Assembly (NCBI GenBank): GCA_943324505.2
Contig: CALPLW020000001.1
Span: forward strand, 1-60,396
DNA: 60,396 nt
Direction: 5' to 3'
DNA from: Comamonas sp. lk
GTDB taxonomy: Bacteria > Pseudomonadota > Gammaproteobacteria > Burkholderiales > Burkholderiaceae_C
A program made the translations under genes and the position numbers. Of the stretch, positions 26,862 to 37,173 are shown piece after piece. The first letter of the stretch is position 1; the number at the start of each line of letters is the position of its first letter. The notes under the pieces were generated by a model. It searched no databases, was not told the origin of the DNA, and was given only the letters and a program-made list of their open reading frames with translations.

Positions 26862-27407
26862 TCAGGCTTCCGGCGTGACTCCCAGCGCCACCAGAAAGCG
26901 CGCCACCATGTTGTAGGTGGCAATGGCACTGGTTAATTCCACAATCTGTGTCTCGTCAAAATGGTCGCGCAGCGCCTGGAAGACTGCGTCGCTCACCTTC
27001 ACGTCCAGCGTCATCTGCGCCGCGTAGCGCGCCACCAGGGTTTCTTGTTTGCCCAGCGCCGGTTCATGGGCGTTGCCGTGCCGGTCGGCGTTCAGTAGGC
27101 GTTGCAGGGCGTCCAGCTCGGACTGAGTGCCCCCGGCAGCCAGAAAATCGGGCGCATGGTGGTGGTATTCGTACTCGGCACCGGTCAGCAGCGCCACCGT
27201 GCAGATGCCGAGCTCGCGCAATTTGCGGCTGGTCGGCAGTTCTGTGCGCACCGCTTTAAGGTAAACATTCCAGCCACGCGCCACCGGTTCGCTCCAGAGC
27301 AGGGCTTTGTCCAGGTTCAGCAGCGTGCCGCCACGGCGCGCCAGGATGGCGTCCACCAGGGCCTGCGGCTGAGGTTTAAGTTCTGGGGTCCAGTCGGGGA
27401 TTCGCAT
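26862..27407 (-). CDS. Carboxymuconolactone decarboxylase (AhpD-like) family protein
   Basis: RRGG.LLNLD..LL.S, LRE..I..VA....A.YE..HH and ELT..IA.YN.V.R motifs. True start taken as ATG 27407; the upstream part of the track ORF is antisense to dapF. Confidence 0.8.
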   Translation of the reverse strand: MRIPDWTPELKPQPQALVDAILARRGGTLLNLDKALLWSEPVARGWNVYLKAVRTELPTSRKLRELGICTVALLTGAEYEYHHHAPDFLAAGGTQSELDALQRLLNADRHGNAHEPALGKQETLVARYAAQMTLDVKVSDAVFQALRDHFDETQIVELTSAIATYNMVARFLVALGVTPEA

Positions 27408-27461
27408 GAGCAGCGCTACCTTGCAGTGATAAAAGGTCGAGGATAAGCGGATAATTCCATC

Positions 27462-28325
27462 ATGCGAATCCCATTCACGAAAATGCAGGGAGCGGGCAAT
27501 GACTTTGTCGTGCTGGACGAGACTCGGCAGCGCTTTGGCCTGACGCGTTCGCAGTACCGCTGGCTGGCTGACCGGCATTTTGGGGTGGGCGCAGATCAAA
27601 TTCTCAGCGTCCGACCTTCTCCGGTGGCAGGCATTGATTTTGAGTATGTGATTCACAACGCTGACGGCGCCGAGGTTGAACAATGTGGCAATGGCGCACG
27701 CTGTTTTGCTCGTTTTGTGCATGAGCGGGGTTTGAGCCCCAAGACGACTTTGCGGGTGCAGACCCTGGCTGGCGTGATTGAACCCGAGTTGCACCCCGAC
27801 GGCCGCGTCACGGTTGACATGGGACCACCGGTGTTCGCGCTGCCCGATGTGCCTTTTGACCCCTACGGATTGCAAGCACAATCCCGAGGCGACTGGCAGC
27901 AGTGGCCGATCGACCTGTCTGGCACGGCGGTCTGGTTGGCGGTCTTGTCCATGGGCAACCCGCACGCGGTGCAACTGGTGGACGACGTGGAAGCTGCACC
28001 CGTTGCGCAACAGGGGCCTCTGATCGAAAACCACGCTCGCTTTCCGCGCCGCGTCAACGCCGGGTTTTTGCAGGTGCTAAACCGTCGTCAGGTGCGCTTG
28101 CGCGTGTACGAGCGCGGTGCGGGTGAGACACTCGCCTGTGGCTCTGGCGCCTGCGCGGCAGTGGTGGCCGGGATCCGGCTAGGTTTGCTCGACCACACTG
28201 TCGACGTTCAGACACGGGGTGGCCTGCTCACCATTTCCTGGGCTGGAGATGCGGCGCATGTGCTGATGACTGGCCCTGCCACGACGGTTTTCCAAGGCGA
28301 TATTGACCTACCTGACCTCTTATGA
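27462..28325 (+). CDS. dapF: Diaminopimelate epimerase
   Basis: [28 protein letters not shown] and [16 protein letters not shown] motifs. Confidence 0.97.
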   Translation: MRIPFTKMQGAGNDFVVLDETRQRFGLTRSQYRWLADRHFGVGADQILSVRPSPVAGIDFEYVIHNADGAEVEQCGNGARCFARFVHERGLSPKTTLRVQTLAGVIEPELHPDGRVTVDMGPPVFALPDVPFDPYGLQAQSRGDWQQWPIDLSGTAVWLAVLSMGNPHAVQLVDDVEAAPVAQQGPLIENHARFPRRVNAGFLQVLNRRQVRLRVYERGAGETLACGSGACAAVVAGIRLGLLDHTVDVQTRGGLLTISWAGDAAHVLMTGPATTVFQGDIDLPDLL

Positions 28326-29017
28326 CCACACCCCTGACCCACCCTATCACTGAAGACGACATTGCCGATTACCTTGGCAGTAACCCCGATTTTTTCGAAC
28401 GTCACGCCGAACTGTTGGCCGCGGTGCACTTGAGCAGCCCGCACAATCAGCGTGCGGTCAGCTTGCAAGAGCGTCAGGCAGAGATGCTGCGCGAGAAAAT
28501 CAAGGTGCTGGAGCACCGAATGATGGACATGATTCGGCACGGCAATGAGAATGTGATGCTGTCTGGTCGCCTGCTTCGCTGGGCTGCCAGCCTGTTCAGC
28601 GTCGCGGATGCTGCTGAGTTGCCGGCCCAGATCGCCAGTGACATCGCCAACCGGTTTGCTGTGCCTCAGGTGGCGCTGCGGGTCTGGGATGTGGCGCCCG
28701 CGATGGCGCAATCGACTTTTGCCCTGGGCGTGAGTGCTGAGGTCAAGCAGTTTGCCGAGTCACTCAGCGAGCCATTTTGCGGCCTCAACACAGGCTTTGA
28801 GGTGACCGACTGGCTGTCCGACCCAGCAGCGGCAGCGTCCTTGGCGATTTTGCCCTTGCGCGGGTTGACGGCTGGCGCTGGGCTCGGGCCTTTGATTGGC
28901 CTGTTGGTCTTGGCGTCGCCCGATTCCCAGCGCTTCAACAGTGCGATGGGCACCGAGTTTCTGGAGCGCATCGCCGAACTCTGCGGTGCCGCTTTGGCTC
29001 GGCTGCGCCCTGCCTGA
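28322..29017 (+). CDS. DUF484 family protein (YigA-like)
   Basis: [21 protein letters not shown] and MGT.FL motifs; conserved position between dapF and xerC. Confidence 0.88.
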   Translation: MTTPLTHPITEDDIADYLGSNPDFFERHAELLAAVHLSSPHNQRAVSLQERQAEMLREKIKVLEHRMMDMIRHGNENVMLSGRLLRWAASLFSVADAAELPAQIASDIANRFAVPQVALRVWDVAPAMAQSTFALGVSAEVKQFAESLSEPFCGLNTGFEVTDWLSDPAAAASLAILPLRGLTAGAGLGPLIGLLVLASPDSQRFNSAMGTEFLERIAELCGAALARLRPA

Positions 29018-29031
29018 CGCTGGCCTGGCGC

Positions 29032-29988
29032 ATGGTCCACGATCAGGACGCCGCGCTCATCGAGCGCTACCTGACGCATGTGCGGGTGGAAAAGCGGCTC
29101 GCCAGCCGCACCGTCGTCCTGTACACGATTGATCTGGTCAAACTCGTCGAGTTCGCCAACCAGGGTGAGCTCACGCTGACGCAGGTGCAAAACCACCATG
29201 TCCGGCGCTGGGTGGCGCAAATGCATGCCCATGGCCGCAGTGGTCGGGGCATCGCTCTGATTCTTTCGGGCTGGCGCGGCTTCTATGCGTGGTTGGGGCG
29301 CACGGGCTTGGTGGGCAGCAACCCCGTGCAGGATGTGCGCGCGCCCAAGGCTGGCAAGCCGCTGCCGAAGGCACTGGGCGTGGATCAGGCCATGCAGTTG
29401 GCTGACTTCAAAGAGAGCCCCGACAACCCCTGGTTGGCCGCCCGTGACAGCGCCATGGTGGAACTTCTGTATAGCAGTGGCCTGCGCGTGGGCGAATTGA
29501 TCGGGCTGGATGTTGCGGCTAGCACACGGGCGCGCGGCTGGGTCGATGTGGTATCGGCCGAGGCCCATGTGCTGGGAAAGGGCGGCAAGCGGCGAAGCGT
29601 GCCGGTGGGGGCTCAGGCCTTGGCCGCACTACAAAAGTGGTTAGCGCTTCGGGGCGTCACGCCATGGCAGAAACTGTCCGCCGAGGAGGCAGCGTTGTTC
29701 ATTGGCCGGACCGGCACGCGACTCACCGCCCAATCGATCTGGCTGCGGCTGCGCCGGCGCAGCCTGCAGGCTGGGCTGGCTGCGCCTGTGCACCCCCATA
29801 TGCTGCGTCACTCTTTTGCCAGCCACTTACTGCAGTCCAGCAGCGACCTGCGTGCGGTGCAGGAACTGCTGGGCCATGCGAATATCAGCACCACCCAGGT
29901 CTATACCCGGCTCGATTTTCAGCATCTGGCCCGGGCCTATGACGCTGCACACCCGAGGGCCAAAGTCAAGGACGGCAGCCAAAAATGA
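29032..29988 (+). CDS. xerC: Tyrosine recombinase XerC
   Basis: RD.AM.ELLYSSGLR..EL, GKG.K.R, HPHMLRHSFA.H and QELLGHA..STTQVYT motifs; dapF-yigA-xerC synteny. Confidence 0.92.
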   Translation: MVHDQDAALIERYLTHVRVEKRLASRTVVLYTIDLVKLVEFANQGELTLTQVQNHHVRRWVAQMHAHGRSGRGIALILSGWRGFYAWLGRTGLVGSNPVQDVRAPKAGKPLPKALGVDQAMQLADFKESPDNPWLAARDSAMVELLYSSGLRVGELIGLDVAASTRARGWVDVVSAEAHVLGKGGKRRSVPVGAQALAALQKWLALRGVTPWQKLSAEEAALFIGRTGTRLTAQSIWLRLRRRSLQAGLAAPVHPHMLRHSFASHLLQSSSDLRAVQELLGHANISTTQVYTRLDFQHLARAYDAAHPRAKVKDGSQK

Positions 29989-30009
29989 GGGGTGCTGGCG
30001 CAAATCTTC

Positions 30010-30015
30010 TATAAT
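30010..30015 (+). promoter_or_regulatory. Putative -10 element of the rplM-rpsI promoter
   Basis: Exact TATAAT about 155 nt upstream of the rplM ATG. Confidence 0.5.
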
Positions 30016-30171
30016 CGCGGGCTTCGCAGCGCTTTAGTGGCTCCGCGGCGAAGCCATTTTGTACACCATCGCCTGACGGTGGACGGAGTGAACCCCACCT
30101 AAGAGATTCCCGCCAGAGGAACGCCGAACGTGGAAAAGAGCCCGCCAAACCCTCTTTCAAAGAGAAAACTC

Positions 30172-30603
30172 ATGACCAAAACTTTCAGCGCCAAACCCGC
30201 TGATGTGGTGCACGAGTGGTTTGTGCTTGACGCGACCGACAAGGTCCTCGGACGAGTAGCCAGCGAAGTTGCTCTCCGTTTGCGCGGCAAACACTAGGCC
30301 ATTTACACGCCCCACGTCGATACCGGTGACTTTATCGTCATCATCAACGCAGCCCAGTTGCGTGTCACCGGTGCCAAGCCGATTGACAAGGTGTACTACC
30401 GCCACTCGGGCTACCCGGGCGGTATCACCGCGACCAATTTCCGCGACATGCAAGCCAAGCACCCCGGCCGCGCTTTGGAAAAAGCCGTCAAGGGCATGCT
30501 GCCCAAGGGGCCCCTGGGCTACGCCATGATCAAGAAACTCAAGGTGTATGGTGGTGCAGAGCACCCGCACACTGCCCAGCAACCCAAAGTGTTGGAAATT
30601 TAA
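30172..30603 (+). CDS. rplM: 50S ribosomal protein L13, interrupted by an in-frame TAG at codon 42
   Basis: [52 protein letters not shown]...[10 protein letters not shown]...GMLPKGPLG...HPHTAQQP. The TAG at 30295-30297 is where Lys of GKHK is expected. Confidence 0.95.
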
Positions 30604-30614
30604 GGAGCCTTGAC

Positions 30615-31007
30615 ATGATTGGTGATTGGAACAATGGTACCGGCCGTCGCAAATCCAGCGTCGCTCGCGTTTTCCTTAAAAAAGGCTCCGGCCAGATTGT
30701 GGTGAACGGTAAAGACATCGAGAAATTTTTCGGTCGTCAAACCTCCATCATGATTTGCAAGCAGCCCCTGATGCTGACTAACCACGCCCAAACCTTTGAC
30801 ATCATGGTCAATGTGGCCGGTGGCGGTGAGTCTGGTCAAGCGGGCGCTGTGCGTCATGGCATTACCCGTGCCCTGATCGATTACGATGCCACCCTCAAGC
30901 CCGAGTTGAGCAAGGCCGGTTTCGTGACCCGTGATGCCCGCGAAGTCGAGCGCAAGAAGGTCGGCTTCCACGGCGCACGTCGCCGCAAGCAGTTCAGCAA
31001 GCGTTAA
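30615..31007 (+). CDS. rpsI: 30S ribosomal protein S9
   Basis: [33 protein letters not shown] and QFSKR motifs. Confidence 0.98.
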   Translation: MIGDWNNGTGRRKSSVARVFLKKGSGQIVVNGKDIEKFFGRQTSIMICKQPLMLTNHAQTFDIMVNVAGGGESGQAGAVRHGITRALIDYDATLKPELSKAGFVTRDAREVERKKVGFHGARRRKQFSKR

Positions 31008-31047
31008 GCCGCATCCACGCCACGCGGTCAACGTGTGGCTCCGCAAC

Positions 31048-31080
31048 AGCCGCCTTGAAGCAGTTCTTGGCGGCTTTTGT
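31048..31080 (+). terminator. Rho-independent terminator after rpsI
   Basis: AGCCGCC...GGCGGCT stem followed by TTTGT. Confidence 0.6.
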
Positions 31081-31131
31081 CATTTCGGTAGGCTCTTTGC
31101 TCGGCATGTGGCCTGATAGACTCACTGGACC

Positions 31132-31860
31132 ATGCGGACCCGCCTACTCCTTCGCCGCTTGACCATCAGCGCGCCGCGCATGTCAGTGCGCAGTGCCATG
31201 CCGTGGCCCTTGCGTTGGGTCGTGTTGGCTATTGCCCTGGGGTTTTGCGCGGCCATTGCCCTTTGGGCGTTCGAATTTGGTCGCAACATTGCGGGTCTGG
31301 AGTCCTCCAGCCGGGAGCGGCTGCAACAGACTCGTCTGGACCTGGCAGCCCTGCGCACCGAACTAGACGCAACCAAGGAGGCGCGCGACAAGGCGCAGTC
31401 CATCGCCAATACGGCCAGCACCTTGCTGACCTCTGAAAAAGTGGCGCAAGAGCGGCTATTGGCGCAAAATAGGCAACTCGAAGCCGACAATCGAGCCCTG
31501 CGCGATGACCTCGGCTTTTTTGAGAAGTTGATCCCCTCTGGCAGTGGTGAAAGCATGGCCATTCGCGGTCTGCAAGGCGAGGTCGTGAACGGGCGCGAAC
31601 TCAAATGGCAGGTTCTGGTGATCCAACCACTGAAAAACCCCGGGGAATTCAATGGCCGTCTTGAATTGAATTTTGTCGGGCTGCAGAACGGCAAGCCGTG
31701 GACGGCCGCTTTGCCAGACGGCCCGCAGGTGCTTAAGTTGCGTCAGTACGGTCGAGTGGCCGGCACGCTAGAGTTGCCCCCTCAGACTGTGGTGAAGGGC
31801 ATCACTGCCAAGGTGCTGGACGGCACAGTGGTCAAGGCCGTGCAAACGGTCAAGTTATAG
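31132..31860 (+). CDS. DUF6776-like membrane-anchored coiled-coil protein
   Basis: N-terminal TM segment, coiled coil and L..DL.FFE motif; typical position upstream of bactofilin-erpA. Confidence 0.65.
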   Translation: MRTRLLLRRLTISAPRMSVRSAMPWPLRWVVLAIALGFCAAIALWAFEFGRNIAGLESSSRERLQQTRLDLAALRTELDATKEARDKAQSIANTASTLLTSEKVAQERLLAQNRQLEADNRALRDDLGFFEKLIPSGSGESMAIRGLQGEVVNGRELKWQVLVIQPLKNPGEFNGRLELNFVGLQNGKPWTAALPDGPQVLKLRQYGRVAGTLELPPQTVVKGITAKVLDGTVVKAVQTVKL

Positions 31861-31906
31861 TCCATCGAGTTCGGTGGTTCCCAACCTTTTCCACATCTAG
31901 GCATCC

Positions 31907-32314
31907 ATGTTCAACAAAAAAAAACAGCCGCCCATCAAAAGTTTGATCGCCCAAGGCACGAAAATTGATGGCAATGTGCAATTTGAGGAAGGCCTGCGTG
32001 TGGACGGCGCCGTCAACGGCAACGTCGGTGCTGGTCCGGAGGCCGCTTCAATACTCGTGATTTCTGAGACTGCCGTGATTACCGGCGAAGTCCGGGCTGA
32101 CCACATCATCATCAATGGCCATGTCAACGGCCCGGTCTACGCGGCCGCCTTGCTGGAGTTGCAGCCTAAGGCCCGGATCCAGGGCGATGTGCATTACGTC
32201 GCGCTCGAGATGCACCAAGGCGCCTTGATTGACGGCCAGTTGCGTCCGCTGTTAGGCGGCGCTGATAAACCCACACTGGTATTGGCAGCAAATAACCTGG
32301 CAGTGAATTCCTGA
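31907..32314 (+). CDS. Bactofilin (polymer-forming cytoskeletal protein)
   Basis: SLI..GT.I.G.V.F...LRVDG.V.G.V beta-helix repeats, and I.G.V.Y..LE...GA.I.G. Confidence 0.9.
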   Translation: MFNKKKQPPIKSLIAQGTKIDGNVQFEEGLRVDGAVNGNVGAGPEAASILVISETAVITGEVRADHIIINGHVNGPVYAAALLELQPKARIQGDVHYVALEMHQGALIDGQLRPLLGGADKPTLVLAANNLAVNS

Positions 32315-32331
32315 GCGAATTGCTGTAGTAT
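32307..32331. promoter_or_regulatory. Possible IscR-type site upstream of erpA
   Basis: 25-bp ATTCCTGAGCGAATTGCTGTAGTAT resembles the IscR type-1 box (AT...TGA...TAT ends, central AGC-N5-GCT dyad). erpA is a known IscR target in proteobacteria. Confidence 0.4.
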
Positions 32332-32360
32332 TCGGATTAGTCAATCCATTGGAGTTAGCC

Positions 32361-32726
32361 ATGAGCGCCGTTGCAGAAAATATCCAGACAGAAATGCCGA
32401 CCCCGATTGTCTTTACTGACAGTGCTGCGGCCAAGGTTGCAGACCTGATCGCCGAAGAAGGGAACCCTGAGCTCAAATTACGGGTGTTCGTTCAGGGTGG
32501 CGGATGCTCTGGTTTTCAGTATGGTTTCACTTTTGATGAAATCACTAACGAGGACGACACCACCATGACCAAGAATGGCGTCTCCCTTTTGATTGACGCC
32601 ATGAGTTATCAGTATCTGTTGGGTGCCGAGATTGATTACAAGGAAGATCTGCAAGGAGCGCAGTTTGTGATCAAAAATCCCAATGCCACCAGCACCTGCG
32701 GTTGCGGCTCGAGCTTCTCGACCTGA
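32361..32726 (+). CDS. erpA: Iron-sulfur cluster insertion protein ErpA
   Basis: [17 protein letters not shown] and [14 protein letters not shown] motifs. Confidence 0.95.
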   Translation: MSAVAENIQTEMPTPIVFTDSAAAKVADLIAEEGNPELKLRVFVQGGGCSGFQYGFTFDEITNEDDTTMTKNGVSLLIDAMSYQYLLGAEIDYKEDLQGAQFVIKNPNATSTCGCGSSFST

Positions 32727-32743
32727 CCCCAGCGCTGCCGGGC

Positions 32744-33859
32744 TCAGGCCGGGTATATCGCACCAAGCACGCGGGCGCCACGGGCGCCCGTGACTTTTTT
32801 TAGATTACCGGGTTCACGACGAACTGTCTGGCGCGCCAGCCAGGCAAAAGCGGCCGCTTCCACCTGTAAGGGCGCAAGCCCGCGAAGCCGTGTGTCGCTG
32901 ACCTTGCGTGTCGGCAGCAGCACCTGCAGGCGCTGCATGAGGTGCTGGTTATAGGCGCCGCCGCCACATACCAGCAGCTCGCTGCTGGCCGGCGCATAGG
33001 TCCGTACTGCGTCCGCGCAGCTTTGCGCAGTCAACTCGGCCAGTGATGCCTGCACGTCGACGACTGACACTGCGGCTGACTGTGATAGCGCTGCAGCCAG
33101 CCACGGCGGGTTGAACAGGTCACGCCCGGTGCTCTTGGGCGGGCCTTGAGCAAAAAACGGTTCAGCCAGCATGCGTCTTAACAGTTCGGTATTGACCTGG
33201 CCGCTGGCGGCCCAAGTGCCGTCACGGTCGAAGGGCTCGCCTTGGTGCTGCAAGCACCACGCGTCGAGCAACACATTGCCCGGCCCGCAGTCAAAACCCA
33301 GAATATCTCCCTCATCTGCAGCACCGAGTACCGTCAGATTGGCCATGCCCCCCAGGTTCAGAATGGCAACTTCCGCCCCACGGCGGCCAAACACTGCATA
33401 GTGAAAGGCTGGTACCAGTGGCGCGCCCTGGCCGCCGGCTGCCACATCTCGGCTGCGGAAATCGGTAATCACATCGATGCCGCACAGCTCGGCCAACAGC
33501 GCCGCGTTGTTCAGTTGCAGCGTGTAGCCGGTGCCATCGAAGGCCTGCGGTTGGTGCCGAACTGTTTGGCCATGCGCACCGATTGCCCGAACTGCCGCGG
33601 GCCCAACGCCCGCTTGTTTCAACAGCGCATTGACCACCTCGGCATAGGTGCGCACCAGCGCGTTGGCCGCTAATGCGGCGCGATGCAGTTCGTTGCCCCC
33701 GCTTTGGTTGAGGTTTAGGAGTTCTTGACGTAAGGCGGGCGGCATTGGCGCGCTCGCAGCGGCCACCAAGGTCAGCTGTGCTTTGGAAAAATCGACCAGC
33801 ACGCCATCGACACCGTCCAGCGATGTGCCGGACATCAGGCCCAGATAAAGCTCGGTCAC
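32744..33859 (-). CDS. anmK: Anhydro-N-acetylmuramic acid kinase
   Basis: GLMSGTSLDGVD, HGQTVRH, DFRSRD.AAGGQGAPL, DCGPGN and PPKSTGR motifs. Confidence 0.95.
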   Translation of the reverse strand: MTELYLGLMSGTSLDGVDGVLVDFSKAQLTLVAAASAPMPPALRQELLNLNQSGGNELHRAALAANALVRTYAEVVNALLKQAGVGPAAVRAIGAHGQTVRHQPQAFDGTGYTLQLNNAALLAELCGIDVITDFRSRDVAAGGQGAPLVPAFHYAVFGRRGAEVAILNLGGMANLTVLGAADEGDILGFDCGPGNVLLDAWCLQHQGEPFDRDGTWAASGQVNTELLRRMLAEPFFAQGPPKSTGRDLFNPPWLAAALSQSAAVSVVDVQASLAELTAQSCADAVRTYAPASSELLVCGGGAYNQHLMQRLQVLLPTRKVSDTRLRGLAPLQVEAAAFAWLARQTVRREPGNLKKVTGARGARVLGAIYPA

Positions 33860-33879
33860 GGCAAAGGCCAGGCCGTGTG

Positions 33880-35268
33880 TTAGTCAGCTTTACTGCGCTG
33901 AAGCGAGCCAGCGCTGGCCAGTGCCAAGCGTGATGCCGCTGCCGCCCGATTGAACAGCGGGCGTGCTGCCGCGCTCACCGGCACCGATTCGCTTTGCCGA
34001 GCGATGGTCATGGGGTCATGGTGTTGGCCATTAATCCGAAACTCAAAGTGCAGGTGCGGCCCTGTGGCCCAGCCGGTGGAACCGACCGCCCCCACGTTCT
34101 GGCCCTGACTCACGTTTTGGCCTTTGCGCACCGAAATACGGCTCAGGTGCGCATAGACTGTGCTGTGCTGGTTGCGGTGCCTGACCATAACCACATTGCC
34201 ATAGCCATTTTGCACACCGGCAAATTCGACAGTACCGTCACCAACGCTGCGCACTGGAGTTCCGGTTTGCGCGGCGTAGTCAACGCCCAGGTGAGCACGC
34301 CAAGTTTGCAGGATGGGATGGAAACGCATTTTGAACCCACTGGTGACCCGGGAGAATTCCATCGGAGAGGCCAAGTAGGCGCGACGCAAGCTTTCACCGT
34401 CCAGCGTGTAATAACCACCTTTGCCAGCGGCTCCGGTTTCACGGAACCACATAGCCTGAAAACTCTTGCCGCTGTTGACGAATTCTGCGCTCAGGACCCG
34501 GCCGGTCCGCAGGGGCTCACCGTCACCTTCAAGTGTTTCATAGACGACTGAGAAACGGTCGCCTTTACGCAGCGCGCGGTGAAAATCGATGTCACCGGCA
34601 AACATCTCGGCGACCTGGATGGCAATTGCATCGGGGATGCGTGCCTCGTCGGTCGCGGCAAATAGAGAGCTCTGGATGGTCCCACTGGCGAGCCGGGTCG
34701 AGGCCGTCAGGGCAGCCGTTTCCAGGCGGGACATAAAGCCAGCTGGCGATGACTCGATCACAAGCCGTTTGAACTGACCGTCGTCTTCGGGGCTCCAGCG
34801 GGCGCTGAGTTTGCGCAGGGTGTTCTGATCGGTCGTCTCGGCATTGATGTTGCGCCCGTTACGGCCGAGTAAAAGTCGGGCGACCGGGTCGGTACGAAGA
34901 AAGTTGGCCGCAGCCGGATCGTCTACGCCCAAGCGTCGCAGCAGGCTGTCGGCCGTGTCGGTCGAGCGGGTGATGTCTGAGCGAAACAGGGTCAGTTCAG
35001 GACCTTTCTGCGCCAGGGTTGCAACTTGTTCAGGCAGCGGCACCACCTCCAGGATCTCTTGCACCGTCAGATTTGCCGGGTCCGGGGCCAGGGTGGCCAG
35101 TGCGTAAGTCGCACCCCCGGCACCCAACAACGCGCTCGCCAGAACGGCGGCGACATGCTTTGGGTAGCGCGCCAACCCCTGGCGGGACCACTGGATGCCA
35201 TTTTGGACGACGGTAAAAAGGCTATGAGGCAAGAGGCAGGCTTTAAAGTGTGAGCAGGTGCGAGGCAC
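33880..35268 (-). CDS. M23-family metallopeptidase (MepM-like, peptidoglycan endopeptidase)
   Basis: R.HPI...RAHLGVDY, YAHLS and GSTGWATGPHLHFE motifs. Exact start uncertain. Confidence 0.9.
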   Translation of the reverse strand: MPRTCSHFKACLLPHSLFTVVQNGIQWSRQGLARYPKHVAAVLASALLGAGGATYALATLAPDPANLTVQEILEVVPLPEQVATLAQKGPELTLFRSDITRSTDTADSLLRRLGVDDPAAANFLRTDPVARLLLGRNGRNINAETTDQNTLRKLSARWSPEDDGQFKRLVIESSPAGFMSRLETAALTASTRLASGTIQSSLFAATDEARIPDAIAIQVAEMFAGDIDFHRALRKGDRFSVVYETLEGDGEPLRTGRVLSAEFVNSGKSFQAMWFRETGAAGKGGYYTLDGESLRRAYLASPMEFSRVTSGFKMRFHPILQTWRAHLGVDYAAQTGTPVRSVGDGTVEFAGVQNGYGNVVMVRHRNQHSTVYAHLSRISVRKGQNVSQGQNVGAVGSTGWATGPHLHFEFRINGQHHDPMTIARQSESVPVSAAARPLFNRAAAASRLALASAGSLQRSKAD

Positions 35269-35369
35269 GGACGGTAGACTAAGGCACCGCAGGCGGACGA
35301 CTAAAATTCAATGATCAAGGCCATGCGAAGTATAGCGTCGCTGCCCTCCTGTTACCAACTAAATCCCTT

Positions 35370-36614
35370 ATGAATCAAGCTTTGGCCACCCAGTTTCCTG
35401 TTTCGGATCGTGTTCGGGAGGCGCTCGCTGTTTCATTGCGGGGTTGCGAGGAGCTGATCCCGCAGGACGACTGGGTCAAAAAACTGGCCCGATCTGAAGC
35501 AACAGGCACGCCCTTGCGCATCAAGCTCGGGCTCGACCCAACGGCGCCAGATATCCATGTCGGGCATACCGTGGTGCTGAACAAAATGCGGCAGTTGCAG
35601 GACCTGGGCCATACCGTCATTTTTTTGATTGGCGACTTCACCACGCTGATTGGCGACCCCTCCGGACGCAACAGCACCCGCCCGCCACTCACGCGTGAGC
35701 AGATCGAAAACAACGCGCAGACCTACTACCGCCAGGCCTCCATGGTGCTGGACCCGGCCCGAACCGAGATCCGCTACAACAGCGAATGGGGCGACGCCCT
35801 TGGCTCACGCGGCATGATTCAGTTGGCGGCCCGCTACACAGTGGCGCGGATGATGGAACGCAATGATTTTCATGACCGCTTCAAGGCCGGCACCCCGATC
35901 AGCGTGCATGAATTTCTGTACCCGCTGATGCAGGGCTACGACAGTGTGGCGCTGAAAAGCGACTTGGAGTTGGGCGGCACTGACCAAAAATTCAACCTGC
36001 TGGTCGGGCGCCACTTACAGGCGGAATACGGCCAGGAGCCGCAATGCATCCTGACCATGCCGCTGCTTGAGGGGCTCGATGGTATTGAGAAAATGTCGAA
36101 GAGCAAGAACAACTTCATAGGCATCTCTGAAGATGCCAACACCATGTTTGCCAAGGTGCTGAGTATCTCTGACACCCTGATGTGGCGCTGGTACACCCTG
36201 CTGAGCTTTCGCAGTCTGGCAGACATCGAGGCGCTCAAAGCCGAGGTACAGGGGGGGCGCAACCCGAAAGATGCCAAGGTGGCTTTGGCACGCGAGATCA
36301 CGGCGCGTTTTCATTCGCCGGCTGCGGCTGATCGTGCGGAGCAGGATTTCATCAACCGTAGCCACGGCGGTGTTCCTGAGGACATCACCGAGTTGACACT
36401 GCCTTTGGGTCTGGACGGTGCGGCGGTGGGCATTGGTGCACTGCTCAAGCTGGCCGGGCTGGTGGCCTCCAGTGGCGAGGGTAATCGCCTGATTGACGGT
36501 GCCGGTGTGCGTGTTGATGGCAGCCCGATCAGTGACAAGGGCCTCAAGCTGGGGGCTGGCACTTACGTGCTGCAGGTGGGTAAGCGCCGCTTTGCCCGGG
36601 TGACGCTGGCTTGA
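35370..36614 (+). CDS. tyrS: Tyrosine--tRNA ligase
   Basis: [11 protein letters not shown] (HIGH), [21 protein letters not shown] and a C-terminal S4 domain. Confidence 0.97.
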   Translation: MNQALATQFPVSDRVREALAVSLRGCEELIPQDDWVKKLARSEATGTPLRIKLGLDPTAPDIHVGHTVVLNKMRQLQDLGHTVIFLIGDFTTLIGDPSGRNSTRPPLTREQIENNAQTYYRQASMVLDPARTEIRYNSEWGDALGSRGMIQLAARYTVARMMERNDFHDRFKAGTPISVHEFLYPLMQGYDSVALKSDLELGGTDQKFNLLVGRHLQAEYGQEPQCILTMPLLEGLDGIEKMSKSKNNFIGISEDANTMFAKVLSISDTLMWRWYTLLSFRSLADIEALKAEVQGGRNPKDAKVALAREITARFHSPAAADRAEQDFINRSHGGVPEDITELTLPLGLDGAAVGIGALLKLAGLVASSGEGNRLIDGAGVRVDGSPISDKGLKLGAGTYVLQVGKRRFARVTLA

Positions 36615-37066
36615 TCGCCGTTCTGCAACGGGTCCGACAGGCACGCGTGCTGGTGGCTGATGAATTGGTCGGCGAGATTGCCGCCGGGTTGATGGTGCTG
36701 GTTTGTGTGGAACGCGCCGACAGCGAAGCGCAGTGTGACCGCATGCTGGCCAAGATTCTGAAACTGCGTATTTTCAATGACGCCGCCGGCAAGATGAACC
36801 ACAGCCTGCAAGACATGGATGGCAGCGGCGCAGTTGGTGGTCTTCTGCTGGTGAGCCAGTTCACGCTGGCGGCGGATGCCACTGGCGGTAACCGGCCCAG
36901 TTTCACGGCGGCGGCCCTGCCGCAGGACGGGCGGCGCCTGTTTGATTATTTCGTGACGCAAGCCAGGTCCGCGCATGCCGTGGTCCAAACGGGTCGGTTT
37001 GCCACGGAGATGCAGGTGCATCTGGTCAACGATGGTCCAGTGACGATCCCGCTGCGCGTGGTTTAG
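36611..37066 (+). CDS. dtd: D-aminoacyl-tRNA deacylase
   Basis: QRV..A.V, LRIF.D..GKMN, VSQFTL and VNDGPVT motifs. Confidence 0.95.
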   Translation: MIAVLQRVRQARVLVADELVGEIAAGLMVLVCVERADSEAQCDRMLAKILKLRIFNDAAGKMNHSLQDMDGSGAVGGLLLVSQFTLAADATGGNRPSFTAAALPQDGRRLFDYFVTQARSAHAVVQTGRFATEMQVHLVNDGPVTIPLRVV

Positions 37067-37173
37067 ACGACCATGCTCTCTGGGAACGCGGACTGACTGC
37101 AAGACCTCACGGTTATGATCAAATCGATAGCAGCGCCTGACGGCCGACTTATTGTTCTTTTCGGAGTGAAGCC

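Noticed and set aside
29032-29988. Tyrosine recombinase as an island integrase
   Set aside because: The dapF-DUF484-xerC order is the conserved housekeeping context, and the gene lies outside the island.
30172-30603. Genome-wide TAG recoding to explain the rplM stop
   Set aside because: TAG terminates several genes at their expected C-termini (25756, 26845, 37064, 44087).
37115-37131. Possible fourth copy of the 54-bp motif (atgatcaaatcgaTAGC)
   Set aside because: Only a half-site matches, and the CTAG is absent at the expected spacing.
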